Of a DNA stretch of 64,000 bases, positions 19,536 through 29,016 are shown in pieces. Positions within the stretch are counted from its first letter, which is position 1; each line of letters starts with the position of its first letter. The stretch comes from an uncultured Acidimicrobiales bacterium (GTDB lineage: Bacteria; Actinomycetota; Acidimicrobiia; Acidimicrobiales; Bin134): NCBI GenBank assembly GCA_951813325.1, contig OX638350.1:575316-639315 (forward strand). The letters are read 5' to 3'. The translations under genes were made by a program, and so were the position numbers. The notes under the pieces are model-generated. The model was not told the origin of the DNA and did not search any database. It saw nothing but the letters and a program-made list of their open reading frames with translations.

Positions 19536-20486
19536 CTACGCCGATAGCGCTGGAAGTGTCTGAGCCTGACCCTTCCGCCTTGCGGCCCAGCGCAGGACCG
19601 GCTGTTCGAGGAGATACCACGAGGCGGCGGTTGCCGCGACGGTGAGGACGAGGGCCAGCCAGAGGGCGATGTCAGAGCGGATGAACACGTAGTGCCAGAG
19701 GTAGAGCCCGAAGGACAATTCGGCGACCCGCATCAGGACCTGGTTCGCCAACCATTCGGGGCCAGTCAGCGCGTACTGGACCGTGAGCGCACTGAGCGCC
19801 AGAGCCGCGAAACCACCCCAGAGAACGGTTGTGTCCGTGTTGCCGAATGCGGGCACTAGCATTAGCGCCAGCAGCGCCGGAACCGACCACTTCGCGAACC
19901 GCCACGTGGTGGGCCGAGCGACGGCCAGATAACACCCCACCAGAAGTGCCGCGGCGTTGGTGTCGGTCGCGTTGTACACCCAGCCCGGCGACATGACCGC
20001 GATCGCAGTTGCTCTCCAGGCGATGGCAGCCAGCGCCAGGCCTCCGACGATGCGGGTCCGATGCCTGGTTCGTAGTGCAGCGATGGCGAGCGGCCACAGC
20101 ACGTAAAAGTGGGCGATCACCGCGATGAACCAGGTGTGCGTCAGCCGCTCCAGGTCGAGACCCTCGATTCGCGCATAGTTGGCGTAGAAGCCGAGCACCG
20201 CAATCAAGCGGGACCAGTCGGTCCCCACTGCGATCATTGCGAGACAGACGGCCAGAAGGGCAGGAAGCAGCCGGAGCACTCGCTTTCGATAGAACGAGCC
20301 GAGGTCGACCCGACCGGTCCGGTCCATCTCGGCACACAGCGAGCCGGTGACCACGTAGCCCGACAAGACGAAGAACAGGCAGACGCCGTAGTGCCCCGCA
20401 GGCACGACGGCACTGTCGATGTGGTAGCCGACCACTGCCGCAATTGCTACGGCGCGCAATCCATCGAGCGCGGGGACCCGTCGCAT
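19536..20486 (-). CDS. acyltransferase family 3 (OafA-like) integral membrane protein
   Basis: MRRVPALDGLRAVAIAAVVGYH followed by many hydrophobic helices. An alternative start lies at 20537. The upstream AVGVAAAVGG part of the tracked ORF is a mirror of the opposite-strand repeat. Confidence 0.75.
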   Translation of the reverse strand: MRRVPALDGLRAVAIAAVVGYHIDSAVVPAGHYGVCLFFVLSGYVVTGSLCAEMDRTGRVDLGSFYRKRVLRLLPALLAVCLAMIAVGTDWSRLIAVLGFYANYARIEGLDLERLTHTWFIAVIAHFYVLWPLAIAALRTRHRTRIVGGLALAAIAWRATAIAVMSPGWVYNATDTNAAALLVGCYLAVARPTTWRFAKWSVPALLALMLVPAFGNTDTTVLWGGFAALALSALTVQYALTGPEWLANQVLMRVAELSFGLYLWHYVFIRSDIALWLALVLTVAATAASWYLLEQPVLRWAARRKGQAQTLPALSA

Positions 20487-20601
20487 CGCACCTCCTAGTG
20501 CTACTTTCGCAGCGCAGATCAGCTGACGATAACGCATCGCCAGCCGGAGCGCAGAGCCTGCGCTGAAAGGACGGCGGGAGATACCTCCGACACCCAACAG
20601 C

Positions 20602-22002
20602 ATGGAAACAATCCGACGCATAGGAGTCACAATTGCGGTTTTCCTGCTGCTGAACCTGCTGTCCGCCAGCGGCCGTGATGCCGTCGAGTCCCCGACTGCC
20701 GCCGAGTCCGCGACTGCCGTCGAGTCTGCGACTGCCGCCGGTTTCGCGCGGCAAGTCTTGGAGACCACGGCGGCCCCTCGGATCGTGACTGTCCCCCCTA
20801 CGGCGGCGGCTACCCCTACGGCGGCTCCTCGGATCGTGACTGTTCCCCCTACGGCGACGGCTACCCCTACGGCGGCTCCTTCTACGGCGGCGGCTACCCA
20901 TGCGGCGGCTCCCCCTACGGCGGCGGCTACCCCTACGGCGGCTCCTTCTACGGCGACCGTCCCTCCTACAGCGGAGGCCGCCCCCTCCCCGACCACCACG
21001 ACCACCACAACAACGACGACTCTGCCGCCACTCGATCCTGTGACATTCGAATCGCTTGACCGGATTAACATGATCCGCGACTTCAGCAAATACGTGTCCT
21101 CCGGCCGGTCCCGGTGGGAGCAGTCGGTCCCGGGAATCGAGCAGCTTCGGATTATTTCGACCGCGGACGGCGCCGAACAACCCGTCTTCTGGCTGGCTCC
21201 GAGTGGCGACCGCGATCAACCCGTATTGGTGATATTGCACTCTTGGAGCGCCCCGTACACCCAGCACGCCGGGATTCCCTTTGCGATGTGGGCCCAGGAA
21301 AATGGTTGGGCAGTCATCGTCCCCGAGTTCCGAGGAAAGAACGACGACGCCGACGCGGTCGGATCCGACTTGGCGGTCCAGGACGCGGTGGATGCGATCG
21401 ACTATGCCGTCGCCCAGGCAGAGGTGGATACCAATCGGGTGTACGTCGTCGGCTACTCCGGCGGCGGGATGATGGGGCTCCTCCTTGCTGGGCGACACCC
21501 TGACAAGGTCAGCGCGGTCTCGGTCTGGGGGCCGCCGCATGACCTCGTGGAGTTCTACGAGCACGCGAGGAGGGCGGGTCTGGGCTATGCCAGCGACATC
21601 TGGCGGGCCTGCGGAGGTGACCCGAGGGACGCCGGCTCGGCGCAGGAGGAGTGTCTGGCCCGTAGCCCGGCGACGTACCTGGAGTCGGCCCGCGACCAGG
21701 CGGTCCCGATCTTCATCGCTCAGGGCATCCGCGATCAGTTCGTGCCCCCGAGTGTGGGCGCCGAGGTGTTCAATCAGCTGGCCGACCCTGACGACCGCCT
21801 CAGCGCTGAGGAGGTGGACCTTTTCGGTCGGGGGAGGGTTCCCGACCATCTGTCGATCACGACCGAGACCTACTTCGGGGACGGAGACCCCGCCCCCGTA
21901 TTCGCCCGACAGTCGGGTCGAGCCTTGCTCGTCTACTTCCAGTCAAGCCACGAAATGGTTTACAACGCGACTGCACGGTGGTTCGCAAGCGATCCCCGCT
22001 AG
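20602..22002 (+). CDS. secreted alpha/beta hydrolase (S9/esterase-like) with Pro/Thr/Ala-rich linker
   Basis: Signal peptide METIRRIGVTIAVFLLLNLLSA. Repetitive TAAATPTAAP(RIVTVPP) linker and a T10 run. Nucleophile elbow VVGYSGGG. Confidence 0.7.
   Translation: METIRRIGVTIAVFLLLNLLSASGRDAVESPTAAESATAVESATAAGFARQVLETTAAPRIVTVPPTAAATPTAAPRIVTVPPTATATPTAAPSTAAATHAAAPPTAAATPTAAPSTATVPPTAEAAPSPTTTTTTTTTTLPPLDPVTFESLDRINMIRDFSKYVSSGRSRWEQSVPGIEQLRIISTADGAEQPVFWLAPSGDRDQPVLVILHSWSAPYTQHAGIPFAMWAQENGWAVIVPEFRGKNDDADAVGSDLAVQDAVDAIDYAVAQAEVDTNRVYVVGYSGGGMMGLLLAGRHPDKVSAVSVWGPPHDLVEFYEHARRAGLGYASDIWRACGGDPRDAGSAQEECLARSPATYLESARDQAVPIFIAQGIRDQFVPPSVGAEVFNQLADPDDRLSAEEVDLFGRGRVPDHLSITTETYFGDGDPAPVFARQSGRALLVYFQSSHEMVYNATARWFASDPR
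20683..21030 (+). repeat. imperfect in-frame Pro/Thr/Ala repeats (linker region)
   Basis: Reiterated ACGGCGGC(G/T)GCTACCCCTACGGCGGCTCC-type units ending in an ACC/ACG/ACA Thr run. Confidence 0.7.
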
Positions 22003-22058
22003 CGAAAGTCGCCCGGTCGAAACTGGTGTGAGCCGCGCCGCAAAGGTAGGTTGGGCCG

Positions 22059-22184
22059 ATGCCCGCTCTGAGGAAGCGACTCGTCGCCGGGTTACTGGCG
22101 GCAGCGATGTTGTTCACCGCCGTCGCGTGCAGCAGTGACGACCCGAGTCCAAGCGAGCCTGACACCCCGCAGGTCGGCTCCTAG
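22059..22184 (+). pseudogene. N-terminal stub of a lipoprotein gene
   Basis: MPALRKRLVAGLLAAAMLFTAVACSSDD (signal peptide plus lipobox) stops after 41 codons, next to an IS scar. Confidence 0.35.
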
Positions 22185-22264
22185 GCCTGAATCCAGTCCT
22201 GCGCTCCAAAGTGGCGTGTCGGAGGGGGGTACGAACGGGGTCTCACGCAGTGATGCCAGAAGTT

Positions 22265-22532
22265 CCCAGCCGCGTTCTCCTTGCGCAACCGCACCAGCTC
22301 CGCCCGCTCATCCGCCGACAGCCCGCCGGCGCGCTCCGCGGCGTCCCGGCGGACCCAGCTGCCCAAAGCGCCCTCGCCCACACCGAGCTCCCGGGCGACC
22401 TGCGCCACCGCATGGCCGGTTTCTGTGGCGATCCGGACCGCCCCAACACGCAACTCCGCATCGAACTTTCTTCGTGGTTCTGGCATGACTCTCCTTGTAG
22501 AGCATGTCTCCCCGGAAAGGGGGGAACCTCCA
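22265..22532 (-). mobile_element. IS3-family left-end remnant (truncated OrfA, no OrfB)
   Basis: MPEPRRKFDAELRVGAVRIATETGHAVAQVARELGVGEGALGSWVRRD...LVRLRKENA is a typical IS3 OrfA HTH and leucine-zipper start, beginning at 22486. Homology ends near 22268. The terminal block TGGAGGTTCCCCCCTTTCCGGGGAGACATGCTCTAC (minus strand) lies at 22497-22532. Confidence 0.65.
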
Positions 22533-22581
22533 CCCGGGACAAACGGGCGCATAGCCAAGTGGCCTGCGGCAGATGCGCCGC

Positions 22582-24288
22582 CTATCTCCTGGACTGCCCT
22601 GTTTGACCAGTGGGGCAAGTTCGGTGTTCAAGCTCCCGTTTCACCACTTTGCCGGCGGCGTTGCGGGGGAGGGGAGTGGGGCGGATCTCCCAGAGGGTGG
22701 GCACTTTGTAGGGGGCGAGCACCTGGTGGCACCACTCGGCCAAGTCGTCGGGGTCCACAGCGGCACGTGCGGCGGGCACCACAACGGCTTTGACCTCTTG
22801 GCCCATCTCGAGGTGGTCCACACCGAATACCGCTGATTCGGCCACCGATGGGTGGGCATCGAGTCGGTATTCGATTTCGATGGGGTAGATGTTCTCGGCG
22901 TTGCGCAGGATCATGTCTCGGGACCGGGAGTTGATGTACAGGTAGCCGTCCTCGTCGAAGCGTCCGATGTCGCCGGTGTTGAGCCACCGGTTCGAGTCGA
23001 TGGTCGCCGCGGTAGCATCGGGGTCGTTCCAGTAGCAGAGCATGGTGTAAGCGCTGCGGGCCCAGATCTCGCCCTCGGCGCCGGAGGGCACCGGCTGTCC
23101 GTCGGGGCCGCGGATCTCCACGTCGAAGCCGATGGCCACCTGGCCGCATGAGGTGGGCCGCTCCCGGTACTCGGCCCCGCCGATGCCGGCGATGACCGCT
23201 ACTGACTCAGACGACCCGTAGCCCATGCCCACCGCGGGGGCGGCGTTGGGGAAGGCTTGGCGGATCAGCTCTTGCACCGCGGGGCTGGCCGGGGCGCCAC
23301 CGAAGCCCACGTTGACCACGCTGGTGGTGTCGAATTCCCCGAATCGGGGGTGATTGGCCAGTCGGGCGCCGATGCTGCCCAGAGCAGCAAAGGATGTGAC
23401 CCCCTCGTCCTGGATGAGCTGAAGCACGGCCTCAGGGTCGAATCGGCCTCGGCGGTAGACGATCTTGCCACCGATTGCCATGTTGATCAGGGTGGCGCCG
23501 TACAGCCCGGAAACGTGGAACAACGGCGAGGTGCCCAGGGTGACTGCCTGGGCCGGGGGGCTGGGCACCTCCCCGTCCTCGGCGGGGGGGTTGGTGCGCA
23601 GTTCGGTGAACATCCGCACTGCCCCATTCATCATGGTGGACTGCACGAAACCGATCAGGCCCCGATGCGAGGCCACCGCGCCTTTGGGGCGCCCGGTGGT
23701 GCCGCTGGTGAACAGGATGACCGCGGGGTCGTCCTCGGCCAGGAGGACATCGACGTCGTCGAGTGCCGCCCCCGCACCGCTTGCCAGGAATTCGTCCCAG
23801 TCGTCCTCGATCACCATGCACGGGGCATTGGTACTGCCGATGCCAGAACGCTCCAGGCGGGGGCGGTCGGCGATCACCAGCGCCGGTTGGCTGAGCCCGG
23901 AGGCGTAGCGCACCTCGTCGGCGGTCCACCAGCCGTTGTAGGCCGACACGATGGCGCCGATGCTGGTGGCCGCGAAGAACGACACCACCCACTCGGGGCA
24001 GTTGGCGGCAAAGATGGCCACCCGGTCGCCGCGGCCGATTCCCCGCCTCTGCAACGCGGCCGCAGCCTGCGCCGCCAGGGAGATGAAGTCGCTGAACGTG
24101 AGCCGCTGGTCATCCAGCACCAGGAACTCCCGGTCGCCGAAGCTGGCAGTGTTGGCCACCATCTCCCTCAGCGAGCGCAACCGGTTGGCGAACACTGACG
24201 CCTGTTGGCCCAAGACCTCCTCGGTGGTCAACTCGAAGAACCCGCCCGGCCCGGTCAGCTCCCGGATCACATCCTCTCGAATGCCCAC
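22582..24288 (-). CDS. AMP-dependent acyl-CoA synthetase (fatty-acid-CoA ligase-like)
   Basis: ILFTSGTTGRPKGAV, GYGSSE, WLNTGDIG and C-terminal AGKVVKREL. Confidence 0.85.
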   Translation of the reverse strand: MGIREDVIRELTGPGGFFELTTEEVLGQQASVFANRLRSLREMVANTASFGDREFLVLDDQRLTFSDFISLAAQAAAALQRRGIGRGDRVAIFAANCPEWVVSFFAATSIGAIVSAYNGWWTADEVRYASGLSQPALVIADRPRLERSGIGSTNAPCMVIEDDWDEFLASGAGAALDDVDVLLAEDDPAVILFTSGTTGRPKGAVASHRGLIGFVQSTMMNGAVRMFTELRTNPPAEDGEVPSPPAQAVTLGTSPLFHVSGLYGATLINMAIGGKIVYRRGRFDPEAVLQLIQDEGVTSFAALGSIGARLANHPRFGEFDTTSVVNVGFGGAPASPAVQELIRQAFPNAAPAVGMGYGSSESVAVIAGIGGAEYRERPTSCGQVAIGFDVEIRGPDGQPVPSGAEGEIWARSAYTMLCYWNDPDATAATIDSNRWLNTGDIGRFDEDGYLYINSRSRDMILRNAENIYPIEIEYRLDAHPSVAESAVFGVDHLEMGQEVKAVVVPAARAAVDPDDLAEWCHQVLAPYKVPTLWEIRPTPLPRNAAGKVVKRELEHRTCPTGQTGQSRR

Positions 24289-24368
24289 GGTCCTGAACCC
24301 TAATCACCGAAGGGCCGCGGACCGGCTTCGACGGGCTGCAACAGGGGCAGAGGCTCTATCGTGGGGCC

Positions 24369-25544
24369 ATGACTGAAGTCGTCATCGTCGAAGCCGTTCG
24401 CTCCCCGGTTGGCAAGCGAAATGGTGGTTTGTCTTCCGTTCATCCCACTGGGCTGCTCAGCCAGGTTCAGTTGGCCGCAGTCGAGCGGTCGGGCATCGAT
24501 CCCGCCGCCATCGGCCAAGTGGTGGGCGGTTGCGTCGATCAGATCGGAGCGCAGGCCATGAACGTGGCCCGCACCGCGTGGCTCACCGCCGGGCTGCCCG
24601 AGGAGACGGCGTGCAGCACGGTGGACTCCCAGTGCGGCTCGTCGCAGCACGCGGTGAACCTGGGCTTCAGCCTGGTGAAATCCGGGGTGGAGGACGCGGT
24701 GCTGGCCTGCGGCGTGGAGAGCATGAGCATCGTGCCCATCGGATCCAACGCCACTGCCGAAGGGGTGGGCCGTCCCGTGACCCGCGACTACTTCGCCCAC
24801 TACGAGTTCACCTCCCAGTTCGAGGGGGCCGAGCGGATGGCCGACAAGTGGGGCGTCACCCGGGAGGACTGCGACCGCTTCGGGCTGTCTTCTCAGCAGC
24901 GGGCTGCCCGAGCCGTGGCCGAGGGCCGGTTCGAGACCCAGATCGTGCCCATCGAGGTCCCGGTGTTGGACGACAACGGCAAGAAGACCGACGAGACCGT
25001 CACCGTCAGCGTCGATGAGGGACTCCGGGAGACCACCCTGGAGGGACTGGTCAGCCTCAAGCCGGTGGGCCGTCCCGACGGCGTCCACACGGCGGGGTCG
25101 TCTTCGCAGATATCTGACGGCGCCGGAGCGGTGCTGATGATGACCGCTGATCGAGCCGAGCAGCTCGGCCTCACCCCGAGGGCCCGGGTGGCGGAGACCT
25201 GCTTGGTGGGGTGCGACCCGGTGCTGATGCTGGAGGGGCCGATCCCGGCCACCCGTCGGCTGCTGGAGCGATCCGGACTGGCGATGGACGACATCGACGT
25301 GGTGGAGATCAACGAGGCGTTCGCCTCGGTGGTGCTGTGCTGGGCCGCGGAACTGGAACCCGACATGGAGCGGGTGAACTCCAACGGCGGGGCCATCGCG
25401 CTGGGCCATCCGCTGGGGGGAACCGGGTCGATCCTGGTCACCAAGGCCCTGCACGAGCTGGAGCGCACCGACGGCCAGTGGGGGCTCATCACCATGTGCT
25501 GCGGCGGCGGGCTGGGCACCGGAACCCTCATCGAGAGGATCTGA
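24369..25544 (+). CDS. acetyl-CoA C-acyltransferase (thiolase II-type)
   Basis: Nucleophile region VDSQCGSSQHAV. C-terminal NSNGGAIALGHPLG and MCCGGGLGTG. Confidence 0.9.
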   Translation: MTEVVIVEAVRSPVGKRNGGLSSVHPTGLLSQVQLAAVERSGIDPAAIGQVVGGCVDQIGAQAMNVARTAWLTAGLPEETACSTVDSQCGSSQHAVNLGFSLVKSGVEDAVLACGVESMSIVPIGSNATAEGVGRPVTRDYFAHYEFTSQFEGAERMADKWGVTREDCDRFGLSSQQRAARAVAEGRFETQIVPIEVPVLDDNGKKTDETVTVSVDEGLRETTLEGLVSLKPVGRPDGVHTAGSSSQISDGAGAVLMMTADRAEQLGLTPRARVAETCLVGCDPVLMLEGPIPATRRLLERSGLAMDDIDVVEINEAFASVVLCWAAELEPDMERVNSNGGAIALGHPLGGTGSILVTKALHELERTDGQWGLITMCCGGGLGTGTLIERI

Positions 25545-25611
25545 CCGACACGATGCCTCCCCACGGTTCGAAGAGCATGCCGGTTCTCTCGCCGGGAGGA
25601 GCCGAGTTCTG

Positions 25612-26763
25612 ATGGCCACCGACGCCGAGTTGGCCGATGATCTGGTCGGCGCAATCCGCACCTGGGTGGATCGGGAGGTAATCCCCAATGCCCCCGATCT
25701 CGAGCATGCCGACGAGTTCCCCGAGGCGATGTTCGCCCAGATGTGCGAGTTCGGCCTGTTCGGGGCCACCATTCCCGAGGCCTACGGCGGCTTAGGGCTG
25801 GATGCCACCACCTATGCCCGCATCGTCGAAGAGCTTTCCCGGGGGTGGATGTCGCTGGCCGGCATCCTGAACACCCACAAGATCGCCGCCACCATGATCG
25901 ACCGCTACGGCACCGACGAGCAGCGGGATCGCTTCTTGCCCCGCATGTGCGACGGGTCGGTGCGGTCGGCCTTCTCGCTGTCGGAGCCCGACGCCGGCAG
26001 CGACACCCGCAACATCCGCTGTCGGGCGGTGCCCGACGGCGCCGAGTGGGTTGTCAACGGAACCAAGATGTGGGTCACCAACGGCATGCGGGCCCAGATG
26101 GTGATGCTGCTCGCCCGCACCCCCGACGATCGCATCACCTGCTTCATTGTGGAGAAAGAGCCGGGGCCGGGGGCCGACGGCCTCACCGTGTCGCGCACCA
26201 TCCCCAAGCTGGGCTACAAGGGCGTGGAAACCGTCGAGATGTCCTACACCGATTTCCGGGTGCCCGACGCCAACGTGCTCGGCGGACCCGACGGCGCGGG
26301 CCAGGGCCTGCGCTATGCCCTCTCGGCCCTGGAGCTGGGGCGGATCAACATCGCTGCTCGGGCGGTTGGGGTGGCCCAGGCGGCCCTCGATGCGGCTATG
26401 GAGTACTCCCAGGAGCGGGAGACGTTTGGGCGGCCCATCTACGACCACCAGGCCATCGGGTTCAAGCTGGCCGAGATGGCCACCAAGCTCCACGCTGCCC
26501 GGCTGATGACCTACGACGCCGCCCGCCGCTACGATTCCGGTGAGCGCATCGACCTCGAAGCGGGCATGGCCAAGCTGTTCGCCTCCGAGGCCGCGTTCGA
26601 GATCGCTTCGGACGCCTTGCGCATCCACGGGGGCAACGGCTACACCGAGGAGTACCCGGTGGAGCGCTACTTCCGGGACACGCCCCTTATGATCATCGGA
26701 GAGGGCACCAGCGAGATCCAAAAGATGGTGATCGCCCGCCACCTCCGCGACCGGTATTCCTGA
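25612..26763 (+). CDS. acyl-CoA dehydrogenase
   Basis: ACAD three-domain length. FSLSEPDAGSD, and the catalytic-base region IIGEGTSEIQ. Confidence 0.9.
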   Translation: MATDAELADDLVGAIRTWVDREVIPNAPDLEHADEFPEAMFAQMCEFGLFGATIPEAYGGLGLDATTYARIVEELSRGWMSLAGILNTHKIAATMIDRYGTDEQRDRFLPRMCDGSVRSAFSLSEPDAGSDTRNIRCRAVPDGAEWVVNGTKMWVTNGMRAQMVMLLARTPDDRITCFIVEKEPGPGADGLTVSRTIPKLGYKGVETVEMSYTDFRVPDANVLGGPDGAGQGLRYALSALELGRINIAARAVGVAQAALDAAMEYSQERETFGRPIYDHQAIGFKLAEMATKLHAARLMTYDAARRYDSGERIDLEAGMAKLFASEAAFEIASDALRIHGGNGYTEEYPVERYFRDTPLMIIGEGTSEIQKMVIARHLRDRYS

Positions 26764-26774
26764 GAGGGTCAATC

Positions 26775-28007
26775 GTGGCAGACATTTCTGAGGATCAACT
26801 TCGCCGGCGAGCCCGGGCTCTCCTGGCCGAAGTCGATCCGGCTGAGGCAACACAGTTCGAGTTCCGGGGCGCCCAATTCGACCGGGGATTGGCCCGGGTC
26901 GACTTCCCCGAGGGCAAAGGCGGACTCGGGCTGTCCCCCAAGGCGCAGACCGTGGTGGACGAGGAGCTTCGCAAGGGCGGGCGGTACTGGCACGATCTGA
27001 ATGTGAACCCCATCGGCATCGGCATGGGCGGCCCCACGGTGCTGGCCCACGGGACCGAGGAGCTGCACCATCGGCTGCTCCGGCCGCTGTTCACCGGCGA
27101 GGAGATCTGGTGTCAGCTGTTCAGCGAGCCCGGCGCCGGCTCCGACGTGGCCGGACTGGCCACCAGGGCGGTGGAGGACGGTGATGAGTGGGTGGTCAAC
27201 GGCCAGAAGGTATGGACCACGCTGGCCCACCGGTCCCGCTGGGGAATGCTGGTGGCTCGCACCGATCCCGATGCCCCCAAGCACCGGGGTCTCACCTACT
27301 TCCTGATGGACATGACCCTGCCGGGGGTGGATGTGCGTCCGCTTTACCAGATCACCGGGGAGGCGGAGTTCAACGAGGTGTTCATGAACGACGTCCGCAT
27401 CCCCGACTCCATGCGGCTGGGGGAGCGGGGCCAGGGCTGGCATGTCGCCCTCACCACGCTGATGAACGAGCGGGTGGCACTGAGCGGCGGAGTTCCCGCC
27501 CGGGGCAGCGGCCTGATCGGTGTTTTGCTGTCGGCCTGGGAGAAGTATCGAGGCGGCAAGGGCGGGGGAAATGCCGCCGACGCAGCCCAGCAACAGGTGC
27601 TTCGCGACCGAGTTGTTCAACTGTGGGCTGAGACCGAAGTGCTCCGGCTCACCAACTGGCGGGCCCGGACCCTGGCATCGGCGGGCACGCCCGGCCCAGA
27701 GGGTTCAGTGGGCAAGGCGGTGTCGGCGGAGCTGAATCAGCGCATCTACGAGTGCCTGCTGGATGTGGTCGGGCCAGAATCCATGCTGTTCCCCGATGGC
27801 TACAGCATGGGGCGCCCGGAGGAGTCGGCGTTCTCCTCCTACGGCTCACCCAACCCGGTGAGGGGCTTCCTTCGGTCACGGGCCAACACCATCGAAGGGG
27901 GCACCTCAGAGGTGATGCGCAACATCCTGGGCGAGCGGGTGCTGGGCCTGCCCAAAGAGCCCGGTGTGGACAAGAGCACTCCATGGAGTGAGATCCCCCG
28001 TAATTGA
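26775..28007 (+). CDS. acyl-CoA dehydrogenase family protein
   Basis: QLFSEPGAGSDVAG, WTTLAH and C-terminal TIEGGTSEVMRNILGERVLGLP. GTG start. Confidence 0.85.
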   Translation: MADISEDQLRRRARALLAEVDPAEATQFEFRGAQFDRGLARVDFPEGKGGLGLSPKAQTVVDEELRKGGRYWHDLNVNPIGIGMGGPTVLAHGTEELHHRLLRPLFTGEEIWCQLFSEPGAGSDVAGLATRAVEDGDEWVVNGQKVWTTLAHRSRWGMLVARTDPDAPKHRGLTYFLMDMTLPGVDVRPLYQITGEAEFNEVFMNDVRIPDSMRLGERGQGWHVALTTLMNERVALSGGVPARGSGLIGVLLSAWEKYRGGKGGGNAADAAQQQVLRDRVVQLWAETEVLRLTNWRARTLASAGTPGPEGSVGKAVSAELNQRIYECLLDVVGPESMLFPDGYSMGRPEESAFSSYGSPNPVRGFLRSRANTIEGGTSEVMRNILGERVLGLPKEPGVDKSTPWSEIPRN

Positions 28008-28019
28008 AAGGGTGGGCCG

Positions 28020-28211
28020 ATGGTTGATCCCCAGAACATGCGCACGGCAATGGAGCAACACGTCGCATCGGTGTCTGCCGGCGATGTGGAGGCGATCTTG
28101 TCGCTATACGCCGAAGACGGGTCGTGCCAGGTTCCGGTGGGCGGGCCGGTGTACGAGGGGATCGACGCAGTCCGGGCGTTCTACTCACTCAACGATCTGC
28201 GCGTTGTCTGA
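28020..28211 (+). pseudogene. truncated SnoaL/ketosteroid-isomerase-like (NTF2 fold) gene
   Basis: MEQHVASVSAGDVEAILSLYAEDGSCQVPVGGPVYEGIDAVRAFY is the first half of a roughly 125-aa NTF2-like protein. The frame ends after 63 codons. Confidence 0.45.
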
Positions 28212-29001
28212 CAGTTCGAATGGCGGCGGTGTAGGGAACTTGCAGTCTGAGGAATCGTCGGGCGGCGGCGCTGCCTATCGGGCATTTGCCCAGGTCCTGA
28301 AATGGCGGCGATGGCTGCTATGGCTGGCCGCGCTGGGGCTGCTGGTGGGCTGGAGCCTCACTTGGGCCTTGGACGCTCCCCAGCGGCCGGTTTTGGCCGA
28401 GCGGGAGGACATCCAGGCGGCGGCAGTTCGCGTCAGCGGTACGGCCTGCGGCCAGTTCAGTGAGGGCAGCGGGTTCGTGGTCGAGCCCGGCTTGGTGCTC
28501 ACCAATGCCCATGTGGTGGCCGGCGTCGAGCAAATCGAGGTGACCATGCCCGATGGCGGTGCGGAAGCCGGCATCTTGGTGGGGTTCGACCCTGGTCGGG
28601 ATGTCGCGGCCATATCGGTGTCAGACTCGGGGATTGCCCCGGTTGCGCTGGCCCCAATCGTCGCCGGTGCGGCCGACGTGGGGGATGCTGTGACCGTTGA
28701 TCGAGCCGATGGCTTGGAGTTCGTGCCCTTCAAGGTCAACCGCAGAATCTGGGCCTCCGGTGTCGACATCTATGGCGAAGAGGCCGACAACCGCCGAGTG
28801 CTCGAAATCCGCTCCCGGTTGGCCGCGGGCGACTCAGGAGCGGCGCTGGTGAACATCGACGGCGAAGTGTGGGGCATGGTGTTCGCGGTTGCCAGAGGGC
28901 AACGGGACCAGGGGTATGCCCTCGATCTTGTTGAGATCGCAGAATTCCTGACTGGGATCGACCGGACTCCACTACCGACCCCACCCTGTCGGACGCGCTA
29001 G
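28204..29001 (+). CDS. membrane-anchored trypsin-like (S1) serine protease
   Basis: TM segment WRRWLLWLAALGLLVGW. Catalytic His (LTNAHVV), Asp (GRDVAAI) and Ser (AAGDSGAAL). No in-frame ATG, so the start is TTG 28204 or 28240 (uncertain). Confidence 0.65.
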   Translation: MSDSSNGGGVGNLQSEESSGGGAAYRAFAQVLKWRRWLLWLAALGLLVGWSLTWALDAPQRPVLAEREDIQAAAVRVSGTACGQFSEGSGFVVEPGLVLTNAHVVAGVEQIEVTMPDGGAEAGILVGFDPGRDVAAISVSDSGIAPVALAPIVAGAADVGDAVTVDRADGLEFVPFKVNRRIWASGVDIYGEEADNRRVLEIRSRLAAGDSGAALVNIDGEVWGMVFAVARGQRDQGYALDLVEIAEFLTGIDRTPLPTPPCRTR

Positions 29002-29016
29002 GGCTAGTCTCAGTCG

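Noticed and set aside
19672-21849. 725-aa minus-strand ORF, the longest ORF in this region
   Set aside because: Arg/Gly/Pro-rich low-complexity translation running antisense to the well-supported acyltransferase and hydrolase genes. This is typical high-GC shadow-frame behaviour.
24300-26853. 490-aa and 353-aa minus-strand ORFs opposite the thiolase and acyl-CoA dehydrogenase genes
   Set aside because: Shadow ORFs. The plus-strand products have unambiguous thiolase and ACAD motifs.
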